Positions 50,353 to 62,900 of a stretch of 64,000 bases of DNA are shown piece by piece. Under the pieces are notes generated by a model. That model made no database searches and was not told where the DNA came from. It saw only the letters and a program-made list of their open reading frames with translations. Where the stretch lies: the NCBI GenBank assembly GCA_021613535.1, contig CP075492.1, positions 17,918,001 to 17,982,000 of the forward strand, written 5' to 3'. Within the stretch, counting starts at the first letter, position 1; each line of letters begins with the position of its first letter. The stretch comes from Adineta vaga (taxonomy: Eukaryota; Animalia; Rotifera). A program made the position numbers and the translations under genes.

Positions 50353-50405
50353 TTGAGAATGAACCGTGGGTGTATATGAGATTATAAAAGCCACACCCAC
50401 CCGAA
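50353..50405. repeat. Telomere-like palindrome H17 (degenerate)
   Basis: TTGAGAATGAACCGTGGGTGT-ATATGAGATTATAAAAG-CCACACCCACCCGAA. Confidence 0.6.
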
Positions 50406-50574
50406 TGAGTATCAATTGGCTTTATTCTCATATGTACATTTGTGTGATCGGCACCTTAGAAGTGTGAAGAAGTACCAAGAAATATAAGAAGTACGAAAAT
50501 CCGCTTGTTCCCCTTTGGATCTGATTCACTCTCGCTCATAAATGTCTTATTTACAAAACTCAGTTCACGATGGG

Positions 50575-51192
50575 ACTAACGTGGAAATATTCCCATGTGA
50601 TTAAACGATCTAGACTTCATATTTTGCCGATAATTAGATCTCGACGATATATGAAATACCCTAAAAGTATACGTGTCCTTAGGTCTTTCTTTCAAAATTA
50701 TAGCTATTTGAGAATTTAGTCTGCTACATGATATGCGCCAACAAATCGAATGACATTATTTTGCACTGAAATTTAGTTGACAGATAGCTGCACTAAAGCT
50801 TAGAATGGACTGGAAATTTTAGCTCAAAAGAATGCTCACTTCGCAAGATATTAAATTCACAAAAATACTAAGTTTCGTGCATATTTCATAGCATACGAAT
50901 TAGATTTGGGAATATAATATCTCGTGAAGTGAACACTATTTTGAGCTAAAATCTCCAATACATTGTAAGCTGAAGTAGGGCTATCTGTCATCTAAATTTC
51001 AGCTCAAAATAATGTCATTCGATTTGTTAGCACTTATCAAGCTGCTGGCGAAAATTCTCAAATAGGTAGAATTCTGAAAGAAAGACCTAAGCACACGTAT
51101 CCTTTTAGAGTTTGTGATATCTCATCGAGATCTACCTATCGGGAATAGACGAAGCCTAAATCGTTTAATCACCCGATGACGTTCCCTCGTAA
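50575..51192. mobile_element. ~620-bp foldback palindrome (MITE)
   Basis: The arms pair along their whole length, e.g. GTGATTAAACGAT/ATCGTTTAATCAC, AACAAATCGAATGACATTATTTTG/CAAAATAATGTCATTCGATTTGTT and TTTTAGCTCAAAA/TTTTGAGCTAAAA; centre near 50885. Confidence 0.85.
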
Positions 51193-51222
51193 CACTTTTA
51201 TTTATTCTTTTTCGAACGAAAC

Positions 51223-52233
51223 TTAGTCCCGGAACGTTAGTGGCTTCGTTACAATAATGCAAAAGCTAGTCATCACATGTCCATTAGTCGCCAGCTTAAT
51301 ATGGTCGTGATTTTTATATGGTGGTGTGTCAGGGTTTTTGTCAAGCTCCAGTTCACCCGCTCCCCATTGTATTGGAAAGACGCTATAACCGAGAAGAGTA
51401 AGATCGCGCTTTAAGCGAAGGACATCACGTTTACTCCATATGACTGTATGTCCTTCTTCGATGGTTTCCTCGAGACTGGAAATTGTAAATTCCAATGTAT
51501 GAATTGCCATACCTCCAGGTTTGACAGTAGCCATAGCATCAATTATAAACCGCATGCCTAACGTAATAGATCCTATATGTTCGACACTACAGGTTGACCA
51601 AATAAAATCAAATATGGGTTTGATAGTGAGATCTTTGGGTATCATATTCATATCTGCTGTTCGATAAATTACCATTTTATCAAAAACTGAGTGATTCACC
51701 AAATTCGAGTACCAAAGTTGATCCTTCGCCGCGGCATGTTGCTTCCCTTGAGACCAACCTTTCGCACTAGGATGGTTAATGTGCAAGTCTGATGCTGTAA
51801 TGTGACAACCTTGGCTTGCAAAATACGAGATGAGACGTTCTTTTCCGGCAGCCCAAACCATTCCATGCTTACCTTCGGTACAAAGCTTGTAAGTAGATAC
51901 AATATAAGCAATATAGGCTAGCTCCCACTGCTTACGATGATTTCTAGACGGAAGATCACGAAGAGCGACTAAAGTATTATTCATCCATGCTGCGAAGAAG
52001 TCGCGCTGGTTCGCCATTTTTGACGTGATTTCAGAGGAAGGAACTCCTTCAAAGTCGGAGAGAATTGTTGGATTCTGACCATTCGCACTCAGATTTTGAT
52101 CTTTAAGTGAGGAAATCTTGTTGAAGGTTGATGCGTTGGAAGAAACTGTAAGCTCGAAGATATGCTTGGTTACAATCAAAATGATTGAAAGATACAAGCA
52201 AAATAAGAAAGCTCTATGATGAACCAAAGACAT
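51223..52233 (-). CDS. Class I SAM-dependent methyltransferase, bacterial-like, with an N-terminal TM anchor; intronless, 336 aa
   Basis: HRKQWELAYI, GMVWAAGKERL..FASQGC.ITASDL, DMNMIPKDL, FDFIWSTCSVEHIGS and VKPGGMAIHTLEF. Confidence 0.85.
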   Translation of the reverse strand: MSLVHHRAFLFCLYLSIILIVTKHIFELTVSSNASTFNKISSLKDQNLSANGQNPTILSDFEGVPSSEITSKMANQRDFFAAWMNNTLVALRDLPSRNHRKQWELAYIAYIVSTYKLCTEGKHGMVWAAGKERLISYFASQGCHITASDLHINHPSAKGWSQGKQHAAAKDQLWYSNLVNHSVFDKMVIYRTADMNMIPKDLTIKPIFDFIWSTCSVEHIGSITLGMRFIIDAMATVKPGGMAIHTLEFTISSLEETIEEGHTVIWSKRDVLRLKRDLTLLGYSVFPIQWGAGELELDKNPDTPPYKNHDHIKLATNGHVMTSFCIIVTKPLTFRD

Positions 52234-52311
52234 AGTTTATTCACCTAAACAGAAAAGAAAGCGAAATCTTTTTTTGTTAAAAATTTTATAACACAGATTG
52301 ATTCATAAGTA

Positions 52312-52504
52312 TCAATCAGTGTGAAGCTAGCACCATTTAGCTAGCATCACGTAACTAAGAAATTTGTGAAAACGAATCCCCGTCGGTAAAACCGAGTCTA
52401 TTCGACGCAGAATTTAATTGTGCATCGAACGGTGCTACTTTTATTTACAGGAATTCGTTTTTACAAAATTCTTAGTTACGTGGTGCTAGCTTCACACTGA
52501 TTGA
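52312..52504. mobile_element. MITE ~80 bp upstream of the methyltransferase start
   Basis: 24-bp perfect TIR TCAATCAGTGTGAAGCTAGCACCA / TGGTGCTAGCTTCACACTGATTGA. Confidence 0.85.
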
Positions 52505-52914
52505 CGTTAAGGAGCTAGAGTGGTTTCAAATTAAGACAGAATACATTGTACCGTACAATATTGGAATTAATGCTGAAATATATCGAAGTTTTTTTCGTGT
52601 ATGTAAGAAGCAAGCTCCTTATAGATCAAAGTGAAAAGAACATTTGGGGCATTCAAAACTTTTTACCGAAATCGATCGTAAAATGGATGAACGCGAATAA
52701 AAACAAAATAAAGTTTCATTTTAGTGTCGTTATTAGGGAGAAGTACTGTATATATCTACTTACTTTTTATGTAGTTACAAATGATTTTAAAAGAACATGG
52801 CATTGTCCAATATAAGTATTTTGGGAAACTTTTTTCTCGCCAAATACTTGCAAATAAGTCGATTGTACATTAATATTGTTAGTTAATCTAGCAGAGCTCT
52901 ACTAAAGAGTATTA

Positions 52915-53066
52915 TGGAGTATCTAAGGAGGAAAACAGCTGATTATAAGACAGGTTAAGTGATTCTATAGATCCCAAAATATTATGTTTGATTCGACGGA
53001 TTACAACATGATTCTATTGATGCTAAGACCATAAAATCAGCTGTTTTCTCCTTAGCACTATCTCCA
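52915..53066. mobile_element. Short MITE-like inverted repeat
   Basis: CTAAGGAGGAAAACAGCTGATT ... AATCAGCTGTTTTCTCCTTAG. Confidence 0.6.
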
Positions 53067-53980
53067 ATGAGCTTCGCATCTAGGAACTATATTTATTCGC
53101 AAGCGAAATGTATTAGGAACGGAAGAAAAATATTGTCTCTAGAAAACGTCTGCGTTACAACGTACATATATGATACAATGACTATGCACGAATCAACACA
53201 AATGTATATTTTGTTTCATTCTCAAGCTTGTAAATCATGTTTATTTTGTCCGTTCTGTGTTGTATTATTACCGAGTACGTGTATATCATTTGTGACGGAG
53301 AATGTCATAAACCAAGGAAGAAGTATACATTTAATGCAGGAACGGAAGAAACAAATACATGCATTATTAGACTTACTTTTCATGACAATATTTTCGTTAT
53401 GTATACCATCGCTATTAATGCAATTTAATATACCAAATGAATTTTTCATACTATTTAACATATAGAAATAATTTCTGTGTGTGAATTAGTTGATTTAGAT
53501 TTGAATTTTGATAGTTTTTCAATCAAATTAACATCACATTATTACTTGAAAATTTCTATAATTTAATTAATTAAAGAATAATTCATCTATTAATTCTTGT
53601 CTAAGTATATAGAAATAGTCTCATCAATAGTTCGTCACTTCATAATAGACTGCTAGAAAAGAAAAAAATTGTTCAATAAAGTCTAACCTAGATTTATATG
53701 ATCTTGAGAAATTTTTTTGATTTCTTCGAATGAATTAGAAGATATGTCATTTTAATTTGAACAATGATCGGTTCGTTTTGAATTTCATCTTTTTTATCCG
53801 ACGATAAACAAATCATTTGAAATGACATACAATGTCAAAGAAATACAGCACAACATGATAATTGGCAGGATTATAGATAAATTTTACGAACAGAAACTAA
53901 CTGATTTGCATTCAAACTATTGTCCAGATTTTGATATTAGTATTATTTTGGCTAACCGCGCATTGGATACATGATGTTGA

Positions 53981-55082
53981 TCATCTCACAATAAATCTAT
54001 TGAAGAAATTCTTCAGCTCTTTTCGAAACAGACCACTTGACAATGTGAATAGATAGAAGCTCAAACACGGACCAGTGTTCGTAAGCATACCAACAAATGC
54101 ATTGATCAGATTTTCTTGAGCTACCTGAACGACATTTTTTGGTTGATTAGCGTTTGATACAATGATAATTTGTGCTATAGAAAAATTAAGTCCTGTCACG
54201 ATGTAAACAAGAACTTGAACGAGTAACATTCGAAGCATTTGTCTGTCTGTCTTTCGAGCATTTTGATTATTTGTATTTTGCAAATTGGTGGCCGGCATAA
54301 TACGAAGTCGTTTTGACTGATTAATATGTCGTATTGTGAGTATATTAAAGACAATCATACACAAAGGAGGAGCTAAACCAAATCCGATCAGATTAAAATA
54401 CGACAAAACCGTACGGTAAGGTTCTTGACCATAGCAGGCAAGTTTACGAGTGGCTGGTATTATGTATATATTGTAAAAAAATGGTATAGGACTATAGACA
54501 AGAAAGTCGATAAGAATAGTGAGTATGATAGCTCGAACAGCTATACGACGATTGCTCCATGCTCTCGTATTAGTCGATGTTGAACTGCACAGATATCGAT
54601 CCGCACAGGCAAGAGCAATTAACCAAAAGGCCAATGACCTATGCAAAGAAGAAAATCATACATCTCTAACAAACGGATTGTTCATGTCGTTCTATAGTCA
54701 TCAAGCTTTCGAAAAAGATGATTTTCATATCTTATTTAACTCCACTGAACTGTACATACCTTATCGACTGTAAAAAAAACCATATTATTTTACAGGCGAC
54801 CAATGAACGAACAGCAGGATCCATATCGATATAGCCCGATTGAATCAATCTCATAGGTAAAGTAAAACACGAAGTTATAATCCCAAAAATGGTTGCACCC
54901 AGAAAATAGATGGTGCATGGATTCGTTCGCAGTGATGGACGAGTAAAAATATAAATACTCAATGAATGACCGACAATACCAAGAGGAATCATCAAGAAAC
55001 AGAAGCATCTGATGAACATCATGCCAATCCAACTCAACTTGTCGGCTTCTAACTGAAGACTAGTTAGATTCAAAGTTGACAT
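53981..55082 (-). CDS. Orphan rhodopsin-like GPCR, 2 exons
   Basis: MSTLNLTSLQ..GIVGHSLSIYIF..LRTNPCTIYF; intron approximately 54759-54642; LACADRYL and SFYLFTLSSGLFRKEL. Confidence 0.9.
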
Positions 55083-55943
55083 AATTACTTGATAACAGAG
55101 AAAAATAATAGCTATAGTACTATGTTGGATTGTGTACACTGATGATGTGCGGCGTTGTATACGTTCAAATGATGAAGAGAAAATCTAATCTATGAGACAA
55201 ATTATAAAACATGCTGGTAGAGATAGAAAGATCACTGCAACTATTCTTTGAAGAGAAAACAAAACAGGAACAAAAAATATTTCATATAAATTATAATTAT
55301 ATAATCAGATCTATCACTAGGGCTATCATTTAGAAAAAGCAAATAAAAACCAACAACATAATTTTTCATGTAAGTGATAATTATAACTATCATTACGACT
55401 AACCATTAGGAAAAAAAAGAAATTTTAAATAAAACAGAATTATTTTGCTAAACCTTTTTTCTATCATCAGAACGCTCCTATTTTTATGTTCGGTTATATA
55501 AATATATCATTCTTAGTCTTCCGTTATTTTCTTGTCAATTTGAACAAGTATAAAATCCATAATTAAATAACAGATTGATTTATCTTTGCATAAGAAAAAT
55601 AAGTTCAATTTGCTCGATTTCAACTCTTACTTGTCAGTAATCGACAATTCTATAATAATAGCAAGTGAACAAGAAGATTTTTTATTTTTAATCTTATTCT
55701 TTGAGCGAAAGAGAGAAAAAAATAAATACAAGGAGAAAAAAAATATTGAGAAGGGATAAGAAGAATAAGTGCAATTTAACGCGAGGCCTTTCGAATCTTT
55801 CTTTTTCAAGCGTTTTCTCTTTGATGTATTTTAATGTATTTTTAATGCATTTTTATGTATTATAATGAAGTTTTTAATGGGATATAATTTATTTTTGTTC
55901 ACTTTCTGATTTTAATCAGTTTTAAGAGAGGGTCCATGAGTGC

Positions 55944-56112
55944 ATAGGAGTAGCTGCCTAATTCGACTTATAATATAAACGTAGGAAAGTAAAGCTCATA
56001 CAGACCTATAAGCAGATAGATTTAGATTTAGTTTCAGATATAGATATAGATATAGTTATATATGGCTGCTGTATGTTGATTTATATTATAATTCGAATTA
56101 GGCAACTCATAT
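55944..56112. mobile_element. MITE-like inverted repeat with an internal (TATAGA)n tract
   Basis: TGCCTAATTCGACTTATAATATAAA ... TTTATATTATAATTCGAATTAGGCA. Confidence 0.6.
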
Positions 56113-56387
56113 ATAAAGTAAGAGTATAGAGTAAATTAGCGTTCATGAATAAAACTATTCTAACGAACACTCTATTTTTATATATCATGGATGTCAAAAG
56201 AGAGTAATTATTTGCTATTTATCCAATTCTCAAATATGATGGAACCTTTTATTGAAAGTGTATTTTAAGCAAGAAAATAAATTGTAAAACAAAGTAATGC
56301 GCACTTATCTTTTTATGTCATTTTATTGTAGAAAAAAAGAGTGTCAGTAGATTCATTCTTCACTTCAACACAAGTTGATCAAATAAA

Positions 56388-57783
56388 ATGATACAAATAG
56401 TTTGTCCTTAGTTTTGATTATCTTTATGTTGTATTGTAATTGTACAATACATGTTGGTTTTATCTACAATGCTTCATGCATGTCAATCAATTCAACCGTT
56501 ATTCGAACACATGAAAAGACTTGTGTTGAATGTATATGCTATGGATTATTATCAAATATAACTCCATTATATCTTGGATTTAATTGTTATAAAAATAATC
56601 GTACATGCACATTCTTTACTAATTATTCATCATCAACAATTATGATGACTAACTTGAATTCAACGTTTATATTTGTATAAAAACCACCAAGTCGGAATAC
56701 AACAGCAGGTAATTGAATCTCTTTGCAATAATATCATCGTTTTTTATCTCATAGAAAAGTTATCGACAGTTTATATGGATTATTTGAGTAATTTAGATTT
56801 TCATATGTAAGTGATGTAATAAAAAGTTCTTTTTTTTTGTATTTCTAGTATCGTTTCCTCTGAATGGTATTACTATAGCTGGATATGGCAATGGAACGGG
56901 TGGAAATGCTGCCAACGCTCTATTTATTCCATATGGTTTGGCATTGGGAGTAGATGGTTCACTTTTCGTTAGTGATTACTATAATTCTAGAGTGATGAAA
57001 ATACGAAAAGGAAACTTTACAGGTTCAATTGTCGCTGGTACTGGTATATCGGGAAACAGTGCAATACAGCTCGCACTTCCAGCAGAAATAGCTGTTGATA
57101 CAGCTTTGAATCTGTATATTAATGATAATATAAACTATCGAGTGATGTTATGGCACAAGAATTCAACATTTAGTATTATGAAAGTAGGTACTGATGTTGC
57201 GGGAAGTACATTAGATAAGATAAATACTTCAGCTGGTCTAGCTATTGATTCTCAAGGAAATATCTATGTAGCTGATCATGGTAACAATCGAGTGATGAAA
57301 TGGACAGTGAATGCTACTTCTGGAACGATTGTAGCTGGTGTCACATCTTTGCCAGGTAGTAACAGTACCCTACTGAATCAACCATATGGATTATATCTTG
57401 ACGAAACTAATTCTTATCTATACGTTGCTGATACAGGAAATCATCGGATTCAACGCTTTCATTTAGGTGCATCTATGATTGGTGAAACTGTTGCTGGTGG
57501 TAATGGAGCTGGATCGGGTAGTAATCAACTTAATTTACCATATGCTGTCTGTGTTTCAAAGCAAACAGATGATATTTATATTGCTGATACCGGCAATCAT
57601 CGAATTCAACGATGGACTTTAGGAACAATGAGTGCCGTGACCATTGCTGGTGTTACTGGACTCACTGGAACTAATTCAACGTTATTAAATCTACCTATCT
57701 ATGTCCTCTTAAGCATCAATGAGACATTCTTACATGTAAGCGATAGTTTCAATAATCGAGTGCAACGATTTCAACTTCCATGA
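56388..57783 (+). pseudogene. Secreted PAN/Apple-like plus NHL-repeat protein, probably pseudogenised
   Basis: Exon 1 has C..CIC..GFNCY..N.TC.FF, but ATG 56388 is out of frame with ORF 56402 and there is a TAA at 56678 before the donor near 56708. Exon 2 (56848-57783) holds intact NHL repeats. Confidence 0.7.
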
Positions 57784-58099
57784 TCATTCTTAGTACTCTA
57801 ACATTTTTAGAATGAACACATGAGTTAATAGAAGAAACGTATACCTTAAGATGTCTAGTTTATCCAACTTTTATTTAATTTGATTCATATACGCCTTCCT
57901 TTATAACGATATGAAGAAAAAAGAATAAATCATTTTCTATATTCATCTGTCACTTATAAGAAGCAATACTTTATACCAATGGAAAACAATGATAGTTATG
58001 AGAATCGAAATATATTTTCTATTCAATCAGAATTAGTGAACATGTTGAAATATTATATGCTATATTATATATGCAAAATCATCAAATAGAACGGCTTTA

Positions 58100-59330
58100 A
58101 AAGACAAATATTGAGTACGGTTCTCTGTTGCTTAAGTCTATTGATAATGAAATTAATCTTATTAATAATTCGTTGGTGCTGTTCGGATTTAACTATGGTA
58201 ATGATAGATTTGTGTATATATTTTTTCAACTTTGATTTTATACTTATACTGTCTCGTAAACTGAATAACATAAATATGCGATGCTTTCTGTACGACAATG
58301 AAAAAAACTGGACAGAGTCAATGTTTTTTTTTGTATATATAGTTCTGATTTTATTTCATTTATTTTTATTAGATAAATTCGTAAATATGAACCTTCAAAT
58401 TGATTCTTGAGTGAGTTTTGTTTTTGTTGATCTAGAATATCATTGCTCGTACCCCTACTCTTGATTATAAAAAGTGTATTAGTAAACCAGAGAAAATGAT
58501 TCATACTGAAGAATTTCAAAAGATTCGCCTCCGTATTTTATCTTGAGGATGTGAAACTGTTAAATGTCAATATTTAAGTGAACCTAATGTATCCAATGTA
58601 ATCAATTAGTTCTTCGTTCAAAACATATTGATATATTTTGAAAATTTGAATTCTAATTTTCAATTAATGAACGACCCGAGTTTGATATCACTTCATTTCA
58701 ACACGTAGGGGTACAGAATGGTAATTATTTCTCTTATTTATTCATGATGTTCAAATTCGGTTTCTCGAACTGGTAAAAAATACCATTTGTCATGTAAACG
58801 ATGCTAATATGTGATATAACATATGGAAATTTAATATTCATTCAATCATTTTCTTCTTCGTTGTTTAGTTAAAATACCATTACAAGTTTTTAGAATGCGG
58901 TACTCGCGTCAGAAAGCATACTATTGGGCATATTTGTCAGTGGTTTTAGTCTATTTATAATAACAAAGTTAACTTTATTATTGATTCTTTAATAATATTC
59001 ACTTATGCCAACAGCTTTGGCCATTTATCTGATTGTTGTTATTAATTATCAATCCATAAAAGCAGTTTCTAAACTTAATCTCTGTTAGATACGAACGAAT
59101 CAACTATTGTCAAGAAAATTGAATAATGTTGATATGAAAAGATAAAATGAACATTGTTCACGATTTAAAGTTGCCTGAATAAATATCACAACATTTAAGA
59201 GAAGACCAGTAACATTAGGTGAAAAATTTATCAGAGACAGCGCAAGTACAATGGTGGTTGTTGCTGTATTCAGTTGACTGATTGCTTGAGTTATATTCTG
59301 AAGTGAAAAAAGGTCAGATGCAACTTAAGC
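58100..59330 (-). pseudogene. Degraded GPCR pseudogene
   Basis: Minus strand SLQNITQAISQLN..VTGLLLNVVIFIQATLNREQCSFYLFISTLFN matches the TM1-TM2 pattern of neighbouring GPCRs; many stops downstream. Confidence 0.45.
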
Positions 59331-59999
59331 AAGAGATAACACTTCAAGTTTTCATATTAATATGAGATGTTAATCTTTGATTTAATCAGTTATTTGTAGG
59401 AATAAATGAAGAAAAAAGAAATTCCTTGTAGGCAGATTATGACTGTTAATTAATTTTCTTTTCTATGAGAAAATGCAGAAGAAAGGTATACAGCAGAATT
59501 GACTCAAACATAAACGATAATTAAGGACAAGTCAAAGACTTTTTGACACGTTCTAATAATACTATATGAAATTGCATACAAGTTTACAGTGTTTATTTCT
59601 TATGATTTCAACACGTGATATACCGTAATAGAAAGACTTGTCTTTCTCATATCTATGATAAGTCCTTATGGACAATCGTTTTAGATAATATCAACATAGT
59701 ATATATTCAGTATTTTTGAGTATACAATATAAAAGGTCATCATAGACCGTTATAAAAATTTTCTTTTATTTAAATAAAAAAAAGAACAGAGATTCATTTT
59801 CTTGTGCACCGTATGACTTCTATAAAGAGAAATAATAAATTATTTCCCATCATTTTGAGTAACTTTGGGGTTTAATAAAAAAATATGTTTTAAGAAAGCA
59901 GGATAAAACACTAAAGAAGCTTATTTTTTCATCCTTTTTTTCTTTATAAAATCGTCGAGATTGTGCAAAAACTCATTTCATATAACTCTTTAATTTGGC

Positions 60000-62900
60000 A
60001 TGGACACATCAATTGAGCAGTTGCAATTCATTGGCCGACAGATCACCATCTACTTCGGCTTTTTTCTCCTAATAACTGGTGTTTTCGGATCACTCGCAAA
60101 TTTTTGGCTGTTTACACGTGAACGATCAAGAAAAAGTCCTTGTTCGCGCTACATATTGACCAATACTGTGTTTGATTTTCTACAGTTAACAATAGTACTT
60201 ATATTCCAAATTATATACAGTGGTTTTGGGCTCAGTACACTGAACATGACTTTGGTGGAATGTCTCTCGCGATTTTATCTGTAAGTTAAATGATATTCAG
60301 ACTTATACTTTGATATAATTCACAATATGGTTTTTTTAAGAGTGACAGGATCACTAAGAAGATCTTTGCTTTTATTTGAAAACATCAATAGTATTGTTAT
60401 CATGCCAGAATAATTAGAATATCTTTAAAATATAGAGACACATTTCAAGGTTTGCTCGCGTACCAGTACAATAAAATCCATTCTTAATTAAAAGCTGTTA
60501 GCGCAATCCCTGCAGGATTAAAATGTGATACATGAACTGGGCGCTAGGTTATATAGTGAGCTTAAATGAGACTGTCGTTTGTAATGCTTCACAGTTTTAA
60601 GGTATTATTGACAATATTTGTTTATTTTTGGCATGATTTGCGACCAATATTATTTTTCAATAATTACTATAAATAACTAAATTAGATTGTTAATATTGTT
60701 AATTAGGTGCTACTTAATTACTTTTAAATAGTTATTGAATATGTAATATTTAATAATTACCATCAATTAACTGCCAATGTCGATCACGGTCTGTAGAGAG
60801 AGGCGGGGGAAAGTGAGTGCAAGTTTCTACTCCTACACACTTTCAGACTTTCTTCCAGTTCGTGTTTCACAAAAGTCTCTGCAGTCATAGAATGAATTAT
60901 TCATCAAAGAAATTCTAGTGCAGACTTAAAATGAAAATATCCGAAGCTTGTTCCAGCAACTGTGCAATGTGCGTCATATTAAATCTAATAATTAGTAAGC
61001 CTCAAGAAAGAAAAAGAATATTTCACAGCCAAAACTCAATTTATGTAATACAGTAAGACTATTGAGATGTCTGCATCTGAAGAAATGAGTCTGTACCATT
61101 AGATTTTCGATCATTGATGAGGGAAATAGCTATCTCATGGACAACATTTGCCGAGACGAAACTGGAATATCAATTTTGTCCCCAACACACTCGATCGCTC
61201 TTTCTTAGTGAACATACAGTCTGATCTTATTTTTTTAGTATTATTGTCAGTCAATATATCTCTGTGTGCTGTCGTTGTCTGGCTGCTTTTGACGGATTTG
61301 TAAGCACTTCTCGATCTGCCCGAATTCGTAATCTAAGCTCCATCAAGGTAGCCCATCGATCAATTGGTATCAATATAATTTTCTGGTTTCTCGTTCATGT
61401 ACCAATTCTGATTTATATGAAAGTGGTGCAGAGAAATCCTACTACTATGGCATGTGTGTTTCTAAATCAAGAGTATTCGGAATTTTTGTCGCGTGCTCTC
61501 AACCTAATTATTTACTTTGCCGTCCCACCTGCTTTTCTAATCGGTTTTATGATCGGAACACTTATCAATATCAAAAAAATGAATGCCGGACATGCAATAC
61601 GACAGATGGAAAGACAATTGATTATGGTAAGAATATATTAATGTGCGTAATACAGAGATTAGTACAGGCCCGTTGGGAAAATTTATCGAAGTAAAAACCG
61701 TTGGTGACTTTTCAGACTTGTTATTATACAACCATAGTTAGATGTTAGAAAGAAAAATATTTATCTATGTTCAGATATATTCATAGTAACTGTTGCTCAA
61801 CCCAAAAGAGATATCTGTATGACAAAGTCCGTCATATCCAGACATTTTTTAACCTAGACCTGACCTGGATCGATCAATGCTTTTCAGTCCGGATTTGAAT
61901 GATAAACTTTCTACAGATCGGGACTGAAGCCATACTCTTAGAGAGCTTCATGAAATTTTTCATTTCGAATCTGATAGTTGCTTTGATTATATGTCGAACT
62001 TGTTTGTATAGAATCGACCGAAAATAATAAAAAGACAAAAAAGCAGTGTTCTATGTATCAGATGTATTTTCCAAATCCGATCGGTTCTAGCCGTCACCCG
62101 ATCCTTCGAGCTTGTTTCACATCTTCTTCTGTTGCCTTCGTATTTAGAGCTGTATTAGGATCAATACTCTCGATCGATGATTGACGAATTATGCGTTTCA
62201 TTTGGATATGTGATAGTTTGTGAAAAGAAGTCTAGACTGTCGAACGGATAACTTCTAGCGAAAGTCAGAATTTTAAGGTAAACATTTCTCTGTAAGTTGA
62301 CTTGCTGTGACGTTTCATGTAGATTATCATTAACCATTTCCAGACTGGATAATGTTTCAGTAAAAAACTGCAGAAATAAACCTCCACCAATTCATTGCTT
62401 TCATTTTTCATTTAAATTCACGTAAAGCAGATCGTACTATAACCTTTCGAAAAACAGCTTCCCAAGCATTAGGATAATTTCCAACTTGAACATTGGTATC
62501 CGTTGTTTTAGAAGTTCGCGATCGGACAATAGGCAATACGTTGTCATGCTGTCTACTAAATCGATGATGCAAAATAATGAGTTATCAGCCTTTTTTTATA
62601 AGACTACTGACCTTTCTTTATTCTTATTTCTTTCTAAACCCATAGGGAAGATCTAGGGTAAAAGAATGAAATCTGATCAGCACTTTAGTGTCACGTGTCA
62701 TGAAAGGGTTAAAGTCAAAGGGAAAAAAGCTGATTCTGGATAGTAGAATAATTTGGAAACCAAGCGAAATGTGGCCAAGGAAAACAGAGCAATATAACCG
62801 CACGTTTCATTGATATCTGAGCACGATCTAAAAGTCTTATTGGAAATATCTGGAACACTCCGCACGAATACAAAGGAAACGACGGAGAAAAGTTTGTAAA

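Noticed and set aside
29731-52233. Bacterial or fungal contamination or chimeric assembly of the foreign-type genes
   Set aside because: The genes are interleaved with an intron-rich FG-GAP gene, eukaryotic MITEs and the same palindrome family, with no operon structure. Long reads would confirm.
15113-58552. Weak single-arm matches (15113-15128, 23252-23262, 25107-25121, 38555-38565, 58543-58552)
   Set aside because: They are too short or lack a partner arm, and some lie inside other elements, so they were not counted in the palindrome family.
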